DNA of 64,000 bases from Candidatus Aminicenantes bacterium (GTDB taxonomy: Bacteria > Acidobacteriota > Aminicenantia > Aminicenantales > JAFGBC01), in NCBI GenBank assembly GCA_963702005.1, contig OY969696.1, positions 608,001-672,000 of the forward strand, read 5' to 3'. How positions within the stretch are numbered: position 1 is the first letter of the stretch; each line of letters starts with the position of its first letter. The notes under the pieces were generated by a model. It saw nothing but the letters and a program-made list of their open reading frames with translations, was not told where the DNA came from and did no database searches. This document shows, piece by piece, positions 46,213-55,157 of this stretch. Both the position numbers and the translations under genes were made by a program.

Positions 46213-49200
46213 TCAGTTGAGCGCTTCGATCGCCTTGAGTTTGCCGGCCAGGCGCTTGGCGCTGACCGGGACGGCCGTCTTGAGCTCCGGCGCGAAAAGC
46301 GCCACTTTGAATTCTTCGACCAGCCAGCGGAATTCCTCGACGGCCGTTTTCTTCTCCGGCGGATCGCCGGGCTTGAGTTCTTTGAGGAGTTTGTCCAGCG
46401 CCGCCAGGAAGGGAGCGGCCTGGTCGGCTTTGCTCCGGTCCTTCTCGGGGCCGTGGACGGCCCTCTCGGCCCGGACGGCAAGGGCTTCGAGGTAGCGCGG
46501 CAGGTGCTCGAGGCGGTCGAGATCGTATAGGTCGAGGAAGTGCGGCGGCAGGAGGGCATCCGCTTCGGCTCGGATCCCGGCCAGGATGGATTTAAGGACG
46601 GGGCCGGGGCGGCCCGAAGCTTCGGCCTTGGTCAGGGCGCGGCGGACTTTCTGGCGCGCCTCGAGTATCTCGAGCGTACGCTCACGGAGAATATGGCCTT
46701 TTTCGAATAATCCTTTGACCACGGTCCCGGCGTAGGCCTTGAGCTCGTCCCCGCTCCGGATGTTCTTCCGGAAAACCTCGGCGCTCAATCTCTCGGCCAT
46801 CCTCCTCTCGATGGCCGCCTTGCCCTCGAAGGGAAGATAGGCGGTCTTGGGCTCTTCGGGAAGGACGAGCGTGCGCTTGACGAACTCTAGGTCCTTTACG
46901 AACTTGGGCAGAAGCAGGGCTTCGATTCCCTTGAGGTGCGAATCGAGCGCCTCCTGCCGCGATCGGAACAGGCGGACGTTGACACCGGCGCTAACAATCT
47001 CGAGCCCCGGATAGGCGGTCGTGAAATGACCGGCCATGACGGTCTCGGGAAGCTCGCCGATGTCCAAAGTTGTGATCCCCCTCTTCTCCCACGTCGCCTT
47101 CGCACGCTTCCAATCCTCCGAGTCCTCGGGAAGCACGACGCCCCGTCCCGCTTTACGCAGCGCCTCGATGTCGCGCGAGGCCGCGATCTCCTTTCCCTCA
47201 TGATCGGTCACGGCGACCCGGACCCTGAGATGGTCGGGAACTTCGGCCTTGGCCCATTCGGCGGCCGGGATATCGACTCTGAATTTCTCCTTGACGAACT
47301 TGGCGAGAGTATCATAAAGCGAGGGGCCCGTGACCGTCATCTCCCGGACGATGACCTCGGCCTTCTCGGGCGCGGGTACGAGGAGCTTCCTGTAGCGCTT
47401 GGGAAGCCCCTTGATGAGGGCCGTGACCCTCTCCTTGTACTGGCCGGGGACTCCCCAGCTGAGTTGTTCGGCCGGGAGGCCGGCGATGAGTCCGGCCGGG
47501 ATCTTGAGCGTGACGCCGTCGTCCTTCTCGCCGGGCGCGAACCGGTAGCTCGCCTTGAGCCGCTTCCCCTCGAGCGTCAGCTCGTCCGGGAACTGCCGCA
47601 GCTCCCCTTCGTCGGGGCGGGCGCGGATGAGGTCCTTCTCGCTCATCCTGAGAAATGCGTCGCCGCCCGACTTCCTGACGCGCTGGATCAATCCGCACAG
47701 ATCGAAGACGCCGGCCAGCCGGTTCTCGTAGAACGCGGCCTGATCCTCCTCGTCGGCCAGGATGTCCCGGCGCCGCATCTTCTCCTCCATGTCGGCGACC
47801 TTGCGGACAAGCTCCAGGTTGTGGCGGAGGAAGGCGGGCGGCTCCTTGACCCGTCCCGCGACGAGCGCCTCCCGGACGAAAATAGTCTGGGCCTCGTCGG
47901 GATTGACGGGTCCGTAAGCGACGTCGCGGCCCGAAACGATTTCCAGCCCGAAGAGCGAGACCTTCTCGGTCGCCCGGACCTCGCCCCGCTCCTCGTCCCA
48001 GCGCGGGTCGAGGTGCGCATAGCGGCAGAGGTCTCCACCCAGCCTCTCGAGCCAATCCGGGTCGATCTTGGCGCACATCCGGGCGAACAGGCGTGAGGTC
48101 CGGACGATCTCCGCGGCCACGATCCAGGGCTTGGCCTTGCCGAAGAGCGCCGACCCGGGAAAGACCATGATCTCCCGGTTCTTGGCCGCCGTGTAAAAGC
48201 TCTTTTCCTTGTGGACGCCGAATTGGGAGAGAAATCCGCTCAGGATGGAGCGGTGGATCCGTCCGTAGAGGTCGGGCGTCAGCTCGGCCCGCCGGCGCCG
48301 TCCGGCCGGGATGCGCAGCTCCTCGACGATGGCCAGGATCTGGTCGTGGACGAAGATCCACTCCCGCATCCGGGTGAAGGACAGAAAATGCTCATGACAG
48401 AATTTTTTGAGCTTGGCCCAAGACGGCCGCTTCTCGGAGCCTTCGTGGAAGCGGTCCCAGATCGCAAGGAGCGTCAGGAAATCGGAATCGGGATGGCGGA
48501 AGACGAGCTGGGCGGCATCGGCGGCATCAACCTGGTCGGGCGGACGCTCGCGCGGGTCGCGAATGCTGAGGGCGGCGGCGATGACGGCCGTCTCGGCGAG
48601 GCACCCTTCCTCGGACGCCTCGAGGAGCATCCGGCTGATCCGGGGGTCGAGGGGCATCCGGGCCATGCGGCGTCCGAGGTCGGTCAGGCGGACTTCGCGC
48701 GCCTCCCCGGTCGTGGCGCCCAGCTCGGCCAGCTCCTCGTAGCCGTCCTTGACGGCCTTGGCCTGGGGCCGGTCCACGAAGGGAAAGTCCAGGGGGTGGC
48801 CGAGCCGGAGGTCGATCATGCGCAGGATGACCTCGGCCAGGTTGGAGCGGAGGATTTCGGGCGGCGTGAAGCGGGGCCGCGCCTCGTAGTCGTCCAGGGA
48901 ATAGAGCCGGATGCAGTGCCCGGCCGCGACCCGGCCGCAGCGGCCCTTGCGCTGGTCGGCGCTCGAGCGCGAGACGGGGCTGATCGGGAGGCTGTTGATC
49001 CGGGTCCCTGGTTGGTATTGGGCGATCCGGGCCAGGCCGGTGTCGATGACGAAGCGGATGCCCGGGATGGTCAGCGATGTCTCGGCGACGTTAGTGGCGA
49101 CGACGATCTTGGGCCCGGTCACGGAATAGACGCGTCCCTGTTGGGCGGCCGGGAGTCGCGCATAGAGGGGGAGGACGGTCATGCCCGGGGTGCGCTTTCC

Positions 49201-49950
49201 CTCCAGCCGTTCGCATGTCTCGAGAATGTCCTGCTCGGTCGGCATGAAGATGAGGATATCGCCTGCAAGGCGTCGCGACTTGAGCCGCTCGACGGCTTTG
49301 ACGGCTAGGTCAACGTAATCGCTCTCGTCGATGCCGGGCAAGGCCTCGGCCGGCAGATACTCGACCTCGACCGGGTAGAGGCGGCCGCCGATCTCGATGA
49401 CCGGCGCCCCGGGGAAAGCGCGGCTGAAGGTCTCGACGTCGAGGGTGGCCGAGGTGATGATGAGACGGAGGTCGCGACGGCGCGGGAGGAGCGTTCGGGC
49501 GATGCCGAGCAGGAAGTCGATGTTGAGGCTCCGCTCGTGGGCCTCGTCGATGATGAGCGTTCCGTAGGCCGCGAGGCTCGGGTCGGACTGCGTTTCGGCC
49601 AGGAGCATCCCGTCCGTCATGATCTTGATCAGGGTTCGGGGCGAGGTCTTGTCCTGGAAGCGGATCTTGTAGCCGACCGTTGAGCCTAAGGACTCGCCCA
49701 TCTCCTCTGCTATCCGGTAAGCGATCGTGACGGCCGCGATACGGCGCGGCTGGGTGCAGCCGACGAGCCCGACCTCTGCGCGCCCGGCCTCGATACACAT
49801 TTTCGGGATCTGCGTGCTCTTCCCGCAACCCGTCTCCCCGCAGATAATGACGACGCGGTTGTGTTTGATGGCCCGGACGATCTCCCCCCGATGAGCCGTG
49901 ATCGGCAGCTCCTTCGGGTAGCGGAGGACTGGCGTCCGCGTCGTTTCCAT
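46213..49950 (-). CDS. hrpA: ATP-dependent RNA helicase HrpA
   Basis: GETGCGKSTQ, TQPRR, DEAH, SAT, ATNVAETS, QRKGRCGR; C-terminal EEF.V.LFAPEL. Confidence 0.95.
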   Translation of the reverse strand: METTRTPVLRYPKELPITAHRGEIVRAIKHNRVVIICGETGCGKSTQIPKMCIEAGRAEVGLVGCTQPRRIAAVTIAYRIAEEMGESLGSTVGYKIRFQDKTSPRTLIKIMTDGMLLAETQSDPSLAAYGTLIIDEAHERSLNIDFLLGIARTLLPRRRDLRLIITSATLDVETFSRAFPGAPVIEIGGRLYPVEVEYLPAEALPGIDESDYVDLAVKAVERLKSRRLAGDILIFMPTEQDILETCERLEGKRTPGMTVLPLYARLPAAQQGRVYSVTGPKIVVATNVAETSLTIPGIRFVIDTGLARIAQYQPGTRINSLPISPVSRSSADQRKGRCGRVAAGHCIRLYSLDDYEARPRFTPPEILRSNLAEVILRMIDLRLGHPLDFPFVDRPQAKAVKDGYEELAELGATTGEAREVRLTDLGRRMARMPLDPRISRMLLEASEEGCLAETAVIAAALSIRDPRERPPDQVDAADAAQLVFRHPDSDFLTLLAIWDRFHEGSEKRPSWAKLKKFCHEHFLSFTRMREWIFVHDQILAIVEELRIPAGRRRRAELTPDLYGRIHRSILSGFLSQFGVHKEKSFYTAAKNREIMVFPGSALFGKAKPWIVAAEIVRTSRLFARMCAKIDPDWLERLGGDLCRYAHLDPRWDEERGEVRATEKVSLFGLEIVSGRDVAYGPVNPDEAQTIFVREALVAGRVKEPPAFLRHNLELVRKVADMEEKMRRRDILADEEDQAAFYENRLAGVFDLCGLIQRVRKSGGDAFLRMSEKDLIRARPDEGELRQFPDELTLEGKRLKASYRFAPGEKDDGVTLKIPAGLIAGLPAEQLSWGVPGQYKERVTALIKGLPKRYRKLLVPAPEKAEVIVREMTVTGPSLYDTLAKFVKEKFRVDIPAAEWAKAEVPDHLRVRVAVTDHEGKEIAASRDIEALRKAGRGVVLPEDSEDWKRAKATWEKRGITTLDIGELPETVMAGHFTTAYPGLEIVSAGVNVRLFRSRQEALDSHLKGIEALLLPKFVKDLEFVKRTLVLPEEPKTAYLPFEGKAAIERRMAERLSAEVFRKNIRSGDELKAYAGTVVKGLFEKGHILRERTLEILEARQKVRRALTKAEASGRPGPVLKSILAGIRAEADALLPPHFLDLYDLDRLEHLPRYLEALAVRAERAVHGPEKDRSKADQAAPFLAALDKLLKELKPGDPPEKKTAVEEFRWLVEEFKVALFAPELKTAVPVSAKRLAGKLKAIEALN

Positions 49951-50033
49951 GCTCTATATTTTATCAAATTACTTGAGCATTTTATTTATAAACTCCGTCT
50001 CCGCCTCAATTCAGGTTCTTGACAATCGCTGCT

Positions 50034-50128
50034 GCCTAACGAGCGCTTGCCGTAGATCTGCCTTTGCTTCGCTTTGGTGGGCCGCGAAAGCGCGACGCTG
50101 GGCGCTAACCTGCAAGTGCTTGTAAGGA
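50034..50128 (-). other. Degenerate attC-like palindrome
   Basis: Minus strand CCTTAC-AAGCACTTGC...GCAAGCGCTC-GTTAGGC; canonical GTTRRRY end, degenerate inverse core. Confidence 0.3.
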
Positions 50129-50209
50129 AGCCAAGTTAGACAATTCCTTGGACATGACTCTCCCGCTGCCTCCGGGATATAATAACAAGACGATTTCCAG
50201 AGAGGTCGA

Positions 50210-52819
50210 ATGAAAGTCTTCGCCAACCTCTTTTCCCGCGCATCGCCACAAGCGGGACAAAATAACACCCAGGCCACTCCGGATGCTTATTGGAGCCTTG
50301 CAACAGAGCAACTCCTTTCCGCGCTGAAGACTACCGATAACGGCCTCCAGCCAACGGATATTGAGCAGCGTCTGAAGCAATACGGGCTGAATTTAATTAA
50401 AGCAAAGCCGAAGACGGCCGCGTTGTGGCTTTTCCTGAACCAGTTTAGAAGCCCGCTCGTTCTCATCCTCATCTTCGCCGCGGCTATCTCTATCATTCTA
50501 GGCGAATGGGTGGATGCTAGCATCGTGCTGGCCGTGGTGTTCGGCAGCACCGTGCTCGGCTTCGTACAGGAATACCATGCCAGCAACGCCGTCGAGAAAC
50601 TGAGGTCACAGGTCACGATCAAATCCAGTGTCCTCCGTGGAGGTCAGCCGCAGCTGCTGCCCTCCGAACAAGTCGTGCCGGGCGATGTCGTGCTGCTCTC
50701 CGCGGGCAGCCTGATCCCCGCCGACGGCGTCGTACTGGCGGCCAATGACTTCTTTGTCAACCAGGCCGTGCTGACCGGCGAAACCTTCCCGACGGAAAAG
50801 CTTCCGGGGACCGTCGCTGCCAAGGCCGGCCTGGCGGAACGTACCAACTGCGTCTTCATGGGCACCAGCGCCAGCAGCGGAACCGCCCGGGTGTTGATTG
50901 TGCACACCGGCAAGGCCACGGTGTTCGGCCAGATCGCGCAGCGGCTGAACCTGCGGCCGTCCGAGACCGAGTTCGAACGCGGCATTCGTCGCTTCGGCAA
51001 CCTGCTCACGCAAGTCATGCTGGTGATGGTGATCATCGTCCTGACGGCCAACCTCTTCCTCGCCAAGCCGCTAATGGACTCGCTCCTCTTCGCCCTCGCG
51101 CTGGCGGTGGGCCTGACGCCCGAACTCTTGCCCGCCATCATCAGCATCACGCTCTCCCACGGCGCCCAGCGAATGGCCAAACGCGGCGTGATCGTGCGCC
51201 GCCTGAACTCCATCGAGAACTTCGGCAGCATGGACGTGCTGTGCACCGATAAGACCGGCACGCTCACCGAAGGCGTCGTCCGGCTCGACGGCGCGCTCGA
51301 TCCGCAGGGGCAGCCCTCCCAGCCCGTTCTGCGCTACGCCTATCTCAACGCGCACTTCCAGACCGGATTGAATAATCCCCTGGATGAGGCGATTCAAGCT
51401 AGCGCGCAGCAGGCGAAGCTGGATATCAGCGCCGAACACAAGGTGGACGAGATACCCTATGATTTTGTACGGAAATGCTTGAGTGTCGTCACCGCCGATC
51501 CCCGGGGCGAGAGGACCCTCATCACCAAGGGCGCTTTGGACAACGTTCTGAGCATCTGTAACAGCGTACAATCCGGGGAGGGCGCGCATCCGCTGGACGC
51601 GGCCAGACGGGCGGAAATTGAGCGGCGGTACAGCGAATGGAGCGCCCAAGGCTTCCGCGTGCTCGGGCTGGCGACGAAGGCGGTAGGCGAGCGGCCTGGA
51701 GCTTATACGCGCGCCGATGAAAACGCACTCGCCTTCGCCGGCTTTCTGCTCTTTTTCGATCCGCCCAAGGCCGATGTACGGCAAGTCATCGTCGACCTGG
51801 CGAAGCGCGGCGTGCAACTGAAGATCATCACCGGCGACAACCGGAAGGTGGCGCGCCACATCGCGGAGGCGGTGAACTTGCCGGTCCTGGGTGTGCTGAC
51901 CGGCGGCGAGCTGGCCGACCTGCGCGACGAGGCTCTGTGGCATCTGGCCGAACGCACCACGTTCTTCGCGGAAGTGGATCCCAACCAGAAGGAGCGCATC
52001 ATCCTTGCGCTGCGCAAGACCGGGCACGTGGTTGGCTATATGGGCGACGGCATCAACGATGCGCCGGCCTTGCACGCCGCGGACGTAGGCCTTTCGGTGG
52101 ACAGCGCGGTGGATGTCGCCAAGGATGCCGCCGACTTTGTCCTGCTTAAAACGGATTTGGGCATCCTGCGCGAGGGCATCGATGAAGGCCGCCGGACGTT
52201 CGCCAACACGCTCAAGTACATCCTCACGACCATCAGCGCCAACTTCGGCAACATGTTCAGCATGGGCGGGGCTTCGCTGCTCCTGCCATTTCTGCCCCTG
52301 CTCGCCCCGCAAATCCTGCTCAACAACTTCCTTTCCGATATTCCGGCCACAACCATCGCCCGCGATAATGTGGACCCGGAATGGGTCGAGAAGCCGCGCC
52401 GCTGGAATACCAGGTTCATCCGCGACTATATGGTGATCTTCGGCCTGGTCAGTTCGATCTTCGACTTCCTGGCTTTCGGGACGCTGTTGTTTCTATTCCG
52501 CGCCGCGCCTGCGGAGTTCCGCACGGGCTGGTTCATCGAGTCGCTGTTGACGGAGCTGGTCATCGCGCTCGTCGTGCGAACGCGCCATCCCTTCTTCCGC
52601 AGTCGGCCGGCGACACTCTTGCTGGCGAGTACGTTGGTCATCATCGGCATTACACTCGTGCTCCCGTATCTGCCGTACATTTCGGTGTTCGGATTCATCC
52701 CCTTGCCCGCACCGGTCATGGCGACGATGATCGGATTAACGGCGCTCTATGTCCTGGCCGCTGAGTTGACCAAGAAGGTTTTCTACTCTCGGGCGCGGAA
52801 AGCTAGTTGGCAGCCGTAA
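50210..52819 (+). CDS. mgtA: Mg2+-translocating P-type ATPase (last codons supplied by the IS)
   Basis: TGE, AVGLTPELLP, DKTGTLT, DEIPYDF.RK, TGDN, MGDGINDAPAL, ANFGNMFS, FRTGWFIESL. Confidence 0.93.
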   Translation: MKVFANLFSRASPQAGQNNTQATPDAYWSLATEQLLSALKTTDNGLQPTDIEQRLKQYGLNLIKAKPKTAALWLFLNQFRSPLVLILIFAAAISIILGEWVDASIVLAVVFGSTVLGFVQEYHASNAVEKLRSQVTIKSSVLRGGQPQLLPSEQVVPGDVVLLSAGSLIPADGVVLAANDFFVNQAVLTGETFPTEKLPGTVAAKAGLAERTNCVFMGTSASSGTARVLIVHTGKATVFGQIAQRLNLRPSETEFERGIRRFGNLLTQVMLVMVIIVLTANLFLAKPLMDSLLFALALAVGLTPELLPAIISITLSHGAQRMAKRGVIVRRLNSIENFGSMDVLCTDKTGTLTEGVVRLDGALDPQGQPSQPVLRYAYLNAHFQTGLNNPLDEAIQASAQQAKLDISAEHKVDEIPYDFVRKCLSVVTADPRGERTLITKGALDNVLSICNSVQSGEGAHPLDAARRAEIERRYSEWSAQGFRVLGLATKAVGERPGAYTRADENALAFAGFLLFFDPPKADVRQVIVDLAKRGVQLKIITGDNRKVARHIAEAVNLPVLGVLTGGELADLRDEALWHLAERTTFFAEVDPNQKERIILALRKTGHVVGYMGDGINDAPALHAADVGLSVDSAVDVAKDAADFVLLKTDLGILREGIDEGRRTFANTLKYILTTISANFGNMFSMGGASLLLPFLPLLAPQILLNNFLSDIPATTIARDNVDPEWVEKPRRWNTRFIRDYMVIFGLVSSIFDFLAFGTLLFLFRAAPAEFRTGWFIESLLTELVIALVVRTRHPFFRSRPATLLLASTLVIIGITLVLPYLPYISVFGFIPLPAPVMATMIGLTALYVLAAELTKKVFYSRARKASWQP

Positions 52820-54244
52820 GGACATCGATAAGCGTTTCTTAATGAGTGAAACCGTAAGGACATCGATAACTGATCGGCCTTCAAGCGATCGGATCGACGA
52901 CTTTACCGACGAACGGAAAAGGAAACGTCTTGATAACCTTCCCCTCGTACTTGACGAAGACTCTGCGATGGTACGTCGAGAGTGTGGCCACGACGTACTG
53001 TCGTTCCAGTCTACGGAGGATGAAATACGCGGCGCCGTTGAATTCGATGCAACCGTGGGCATCCACCTTGCGGACGAACGAGACGCAGCCCTTGGCGATC
53101 GGCAGATCGAGGTGTCCCCGGGAATCGAGATGCTGATCGAGATTGAAGGCGGATGGGAGATGACGAAGTGCGGACCAGAGCCGGTCGCGGAGTTGGCCGG
53201 GAAAGCGGGTGCCGTGATCGGTTGCCCGGAGGCTTCGATTCGGCTTCTCGAAGTGGTAGTAGCGGAGGAATCGTTCGCTCGTGCGGCGCAAGGACCGAAG
53301 ATCCGGACAGGGATGACGGAGCACCCGCGCCTGCCAGACCGCATTGAAGCTTTCGATAGCGGCGTTGCGGCCGGGTTCTTTCGGGGGAATGAAGCGAAGC
53401 TGGATGCCCAACAAAAGATGGAGCCGGATGAGCTGAGAGAGACTGTAGCGATACCGTCCCCCTCCCGTCGCGGCCATCTCGTTGTCCATCTGGGAGATTC
53501 GGGGAAGCCCCATAACTTGCCAGGAATCAACCAGATGACGGCAGAGCGAGATCGTTCTCTTGTCGCGGACCTGGCTGGCCGCAGTGGTCTGTCCGGCGGC
53601 GTCGATGGTGTGGATGGAGTAGAAGCGGGTGACTCCCGCAGGACCGCGGAGATGACGGGGCCCGACCAGGTCGGTTTGCTGAAGGTCGCCCATCTTACGG
53701 GCCGGGACGTAGGGATAGGGAGGCCCGTTGGAGGAGCGTTTGGCCTTGGCCTTTTTCGTTCGTCCGGCGCGGGCCAGGATCTTCTCGATGGTCGAGATGG
53801 CGGGAAGCTGGCGGACGCCCCGTCGCTGAAGCTCGAAATGGATCGTTTCGGCGCCGATGCCGGCAAAAGCGGCGCGACGGGTCTTGTGGGCCGCCAGTTC
53901 GTCGCGCAGGACCAGGATTTTCCGGACCAAGGGCTCCCGCGTTTGATGGGGGATATGTCTCGGTACCCGACTTTGGTCGCGAAGCCCATCAAGCCCGAAT
54001 TTTCGATGGCGATTGAGCCATTTGGAGAGCCAAAAGCCGCTCCGATGGACGGTGCGGAGGATTTCGTTAAACCCAATCCCATCATAGTAATTTTCAATGG
54101 CTTTCTTCCGAGTCTCATATTCGCTCTTGATGCTCACCGCAAAGATCTCCTTCCCACTGGAATGGGAAAGAGTTTAAGCGATGAGCAAATCGCTTATCGA
54201 TGTCCTTACGGTTATTCACTTAGCGATGTCCTTACGGGAACCCC
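52808..54244 (-). mobile_element. IS481-like insertion sequence, copy 1, target duplication CTAGT
   Basis: CTAGT at 52803-52807 and 54245-54249; doubled subterminal IR CCGTAAGGACATCG / CGATGTCCTTACGG. Confidence 0.9.
52881..54137 (-). CDS. IS481-like DDE transposase
   Basis: HTH KWLNR...GLRDQSR.P; QTDLVG, QMDNE, NAAIESFN. Confidence 0.9.
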   Translation of the reverse strand: MSIKSEYETRKKAIENYYDGIGFNEILRTVHRSGFWLSKWLNRHRKFGLDGLRDQSRVPRHIPHQTREPLVRKILVLRDELAAHKTRRAAFAGIGAETIHFELQRRGVRQLPAISTIEKILARAGRTKKAKAKRSSNGPPYPYVPARKMGDLQQTDLVGPRHLRGPAGVTRFYSIHTIDAAGQTTAASQVRDKRTISLCRHLVDSWQVMGLPRISQMDNEMAATGGGRYRYSLSQLIRLHLLLGIQLRFIPPKEPGRNAAIESFNAVWQARVLRHPCPDLRSLRRTSERFLRYYHFEKPNRSLRATDHGTRFPGQLRDRLWSALRHLPSAFNLDQHLDSRGHLDLPIAKGCVSFVRKVDAHGCIEFNGAAYFILRRLERQYVVATLSTYHRRVFVKYEGKVIKTFPFPFVGKVVDPIA

Positions 54245-54371
54245 CTAGTGCTTAGGTCAGGTCCAGGCAGAGCGCGATCAAGCGCTGTTGGTAAGGTCCA
54301 AGCGGCGTGGGAGATCAGCCCCACGACCATGGCTCTGAGGTTAGCAAGCGCGGGGGCCACGGCACCGATGG

Positions 54372-54644
54372 CTATCGGATCCTGGATAGCCGAAAAGTCA
54401 CGGCTCCGTGGGGACAGGTGATATCGAGGCCTTCTTGATTCTCTCCCCCAAGTTTTTCGGTGACCATCATGGCCGTCTTCGTCGCGCTCAGGGCGGTAAA
54501 GGCCTGGCAGCAGATCCCTTTTGGTCCGGGCGTCCTGGCGTCGAGAACATAGACTTCTCCTTGCTCGGTTTTAGCCAGTCCCGGGCATACCTTGGTTTCT
54601 GTATTGACGGCGACGGCCCGGCAGCGGATTTGATGCGGAATCAT
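54372..54644 (-). CDS. Small Cys-containing protein (TIGR04076-like), downstream of ArsR
   Basis: VCPG, GICCQAF, TCPHGAVTFRL. Confidence 0.65.
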   Translation of the reverse strand: MIPHQIRCRAVAVNTETKVCPGLAKTEQGEVYVLDARTPGPKGICCQAFTALSATKTAMMVTEKLGGENQEGLDITCPHGAVTFRLSRIR

Positions 54645-54657
54645 GAGGCAGCTCCTT

Positions 54658-55029
54658 TTATCTTGTTTTTCTCTTGGGCGCAGGCTTCTTTTGGCACTCT
54701 TTCAGCAACTTGGTGGGACAATTGAGAGTCCCATCCGCGGCCCTGGGAGACTTGCCCTCTCCCTCGAAAATACCGGCTAGGGTTATTCCCTGGCGCTTCA
54801 TGGCTTCGGCGGAAAACCCGTAGTGCATCCAGACGCCGCGCTTCTCGGCCTTGACCAAGCCTGCCTCCTTGAGCAGGCGGAGGTGCTGGGAAACCGTCGG
54901 CTGCGTCATCTTGAGCCTGGCGGCGATGGTGTTGACGCATTGGGGGTGTTCCTTGAGAAGGCGCAGGACTTTGAGTCGGGACTCAGAGGCGAGGGCCTTG
55001 AAGATTTTGACTTGCTCTCGTTCTTCCAC
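54658..55029 (-). CDS. ArsR/SmtB family transcriptional regulator
   Basis: IFKALASESRLKVL, CV, TVSQHLRLLKEAGLV, C-terminal Cys pair. Confidence 0.9.
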   Translation of the reverse strand: MEEREQVKIFKALASESRLKVLRLLKEHPQCVNTIAARLKMTQPTVSQHLRLLKEAGLVKAEKRGVWMHYGFSAEAMKRQGITLAGIFEGEGKSPRAADGTLNCPTKLLKECQKKPAPKRKTR

Positions 55030-55157
55030 TTGTCCTCCTTTGGAAAAGGCGTTTCCTTGGATTGGTAATTAAGCGTATTAATATATAGCAATATTCTTAT
55101 ATATTGTCAAGCCTATTCTGAATTTTAGGATTGATGGAAACAGAACGGTCCGTCGCC

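Noticed and set aside
52814-52870. Mini CRISPR array (CCGTAAGGACATCGATAA twice)
   Set aside because: These are subterminal IS repeats mirrored in inverted form at the other end; no cas genes and no spacer series
52736-54248. Long alternative-frame and antisense ORFs over the transposases (460, 468, 504 and 440 aa)
   Set aside because: They overlap a clear DDE transposase, have no recognisable motifs, and are typical shadow ORFs of GC-rich DNA
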